Part shown: in pieces, positions 62,335 to 64,000 of the stretch
Layout of the letters: each line of letters opens with the position of its first letter
Numbering within the stretch: the stretch's first letter is position 1
DNA from: an uncultured Planctomycetota bacterium
Lineage (GTDB): Bacteria > Planctomycetota > Planctomycetia > Pirellulales > Lacipirellulaceae
Direction: 5' to 3'
DNA: 64,000 nt
NCBI GenBank assembly: GCA_963719315.1
Contig: CAVRBU010000020.1
Span: 47,014 to 111,013 of the forward strand
The notes under the pieces: generated by a model
What the model saw: the letters and a program-made list of their open reading frames with translations, nothing else
Told to the model about the DNA's origin: nothing
Databases searched by the model: none
Translations under genes and position numbers: made by a program

Positions 62335-63402
62335 TCAACTCGATTCAGCGTTCGCAATTCGCGCAATGACCGCATCCGTCATTTCGTGCGTTCGCAATTT
62401 GCCGCCCAGATCGACGGTAAGCGCCCCGCCCGCCAGCGACTGCCTCACGGCCGTGCGAATGAGGGATGCCGCCTCTATCAGCCCGAGCCAGTCGAGCATC
62501 ATCGCCGAGCTCAAAATCGCGGCAATCGGATTGGCGATGCCCTTGCCGACGATATCGGGCGCCGATCCATGTACCGGCTCGAACAACGAAGGGTAACGGC
62601 GCTCTGGATCGATATTCGCGCTCGGCGCCAGACCCAATCCGCCGGTAATGACGCTCGCCAGATCGGTGAGAATATCGCCAAATAGATTGGATGCCACGAC
62701 AACGTCGAAGTGTGAAGGACGCCGCACGAAATCCATCGCCGCCGCATCGGCATGCAACTTATCGGTTGCAACGTCTGGATAGTCTGGCCGAACAAGCTCC
62801 AGCACATCATCCCACAGCGCCATACTAAAAGTGAGCGTATTGGACTTCGTGATCATCGTCAGCCGGTTCCGCCGCGTTCGTGCCAACTCGAATCCGAATC
62901 GCAGAATCCGCTCGACGCCCTTTCGCGAGTGCACAGCCGTTTGAATCGCGACTTCCTCCGGCTGGCCCTGCTTGGTGCGACCACCACACGGGATGTACTC
63001 GCCTTCCGAGTTTTCGCGCAGCACGACCAGGTCGATCGTACCGGGCGAAGCCAGAGGCGAACGCACGCCCGGCCAAATCGACGCCGGCCGCATGCAAACA
63101 TATTGGTCAAACCCCTGTCGAATTTACACGAGCGGCCGCAGCGTCAGTGCGTCGGGCAACCGCCCTGGATCGCCGACGGCGCCCAAAAACAGCGCGTCAA
63201 ACTTCTTCAGTTGATCGAGAAAATCGTCGGGCACTACCGACCCGTGTTCAAAGTAATAGTCACTGCCCCACGGCAGTTCCGTGAACTCAAGATGAAAACC
63301 GCCTAGCCGCTGCTCGACGGCCCGCAGGCCGCGTACGGCCTCGGCCACGACCTCGCGGCCGATGCCGTCACCGGGATAGAGAGCGATGCGAAAGCGGTTC
63401 AC
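62335..63402 (-). pseudogene. Tartrate/D-malate/isopropylmalate dehydrogenase family gene with in-frame stop at 63124-63126
   Basis: PGDGIG, LRENSEGEY, NLFGDILTDL, FEPVHGSAPDI; LV*IRQGFDQY continues in the same frame. Confidence 0.8.
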
Positions 63403-63869
63403 TGTTTAGCACCAGTTCAAAAAAATGCTGTGGCACGAACGTAGCTCCAATTCAAACCACTTTAACCTCCGTAAGACGAAATCGGCTCTCGGGCCAGTAT
63501 CCCGTTTTTGGAGTCTCCTGCGTTTGCTCTGGTCGGGAACAGGCGATTTCGGATATACATCCGTCCCTAGTATCCCTTGGAAGCAGAGATGATGCCATGG
63601 ATGGATTCGCAGCCTATCTCATACTTTCCGTGGCAACAATCCTGGCAACGCGTCCATTGCTTCCGGCACGATTGACGGTTGAACCTGAATCGCGTCAGGA
63701 TGTTCACGAGGACCACACTTGCGTGGGTGGAGCGATCTACTACGATGCTCCCATTCGAGGTGTACCGACTCACTTGCGATGATTTGTCAGAGCGGCGCCT
63801 CTACCGCCAACGTCGCGGTCAGCGAGTGTAAGTTCTCCAAACCCGTTTGCTTTCCCAAAGGCGGCCCCC

Positions 63870-64000
63870 ATGCTTAAGATTTTCCGCATCGCCGTAGCCG
63901 TCCTGAGCATCGCGGCGTGTCTGCTATTTGTCGCGTTGTGGGTACGGAGCCATCGGCGGGTCGATGTAATTCAAACTCAGAAGACGACGCATGGGCTGCT
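63870..64000 (+). CDS. Hypothetical membrane protein (3' truncated by window edge)
   Basis: MLKIFRIAVAVLSIAACLLFVALWVRS N-terminal TM. Confidence 0.6.
   Translation, partial: MLKIFRIAVAVLSIAACLLFVALWVRSHRRVDVIQTQKTTHGL

Noticed and set aside
63597..63782. 61-aa ORF near the window end
   Set aside because: Short, atypical, no motif; cannot be distinguished from a decayed fragment or noise

Overview
High-GC bacterial chromosomal window, most likely from a planctomycete (Pirellulales-like; inferred from the hypothetical protein families, the enlarged SecA and the repeat style). It is mostly core genes: rpsR, waaA, secA, a Prc/CtpA protease, proC, efpL/yeiP, ettA, guaA, surE, eno, ispH, flgM, a Fur-family regulator and purB. 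Small accessory cargo is interspersed (two HigBA loci, an HNH pair, an orphan antitoxin remnant, AT-richer hypotheticals). The main highlight is a compact type VII secretion-like operon (6720-12231): three WXG100-like helical proteins plus a 1405-aa membrane-anchored EccC/EssC-like FtsK ATPase, in an organism that also encodes the LPS enzyme WaaA. A diverged in-frame copy of the ATPase 3' end lies just beyond a downstream HNH cassette. Other highlights: a 122-bp MITE in two copies with 8-bp target-site duplications and an internal REP pair; palindromic repeats inserted in frame inside coding genes; a SelA homolog lacking the PLP lysine; and dense REP-like and 7-9-mer inverted arrays. About seven small indels break otherwise intact genes (including guaA and waaA), most likely read-consensus errors. 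No rRNA, tRNA, CRISPR array or transposase was recognised.
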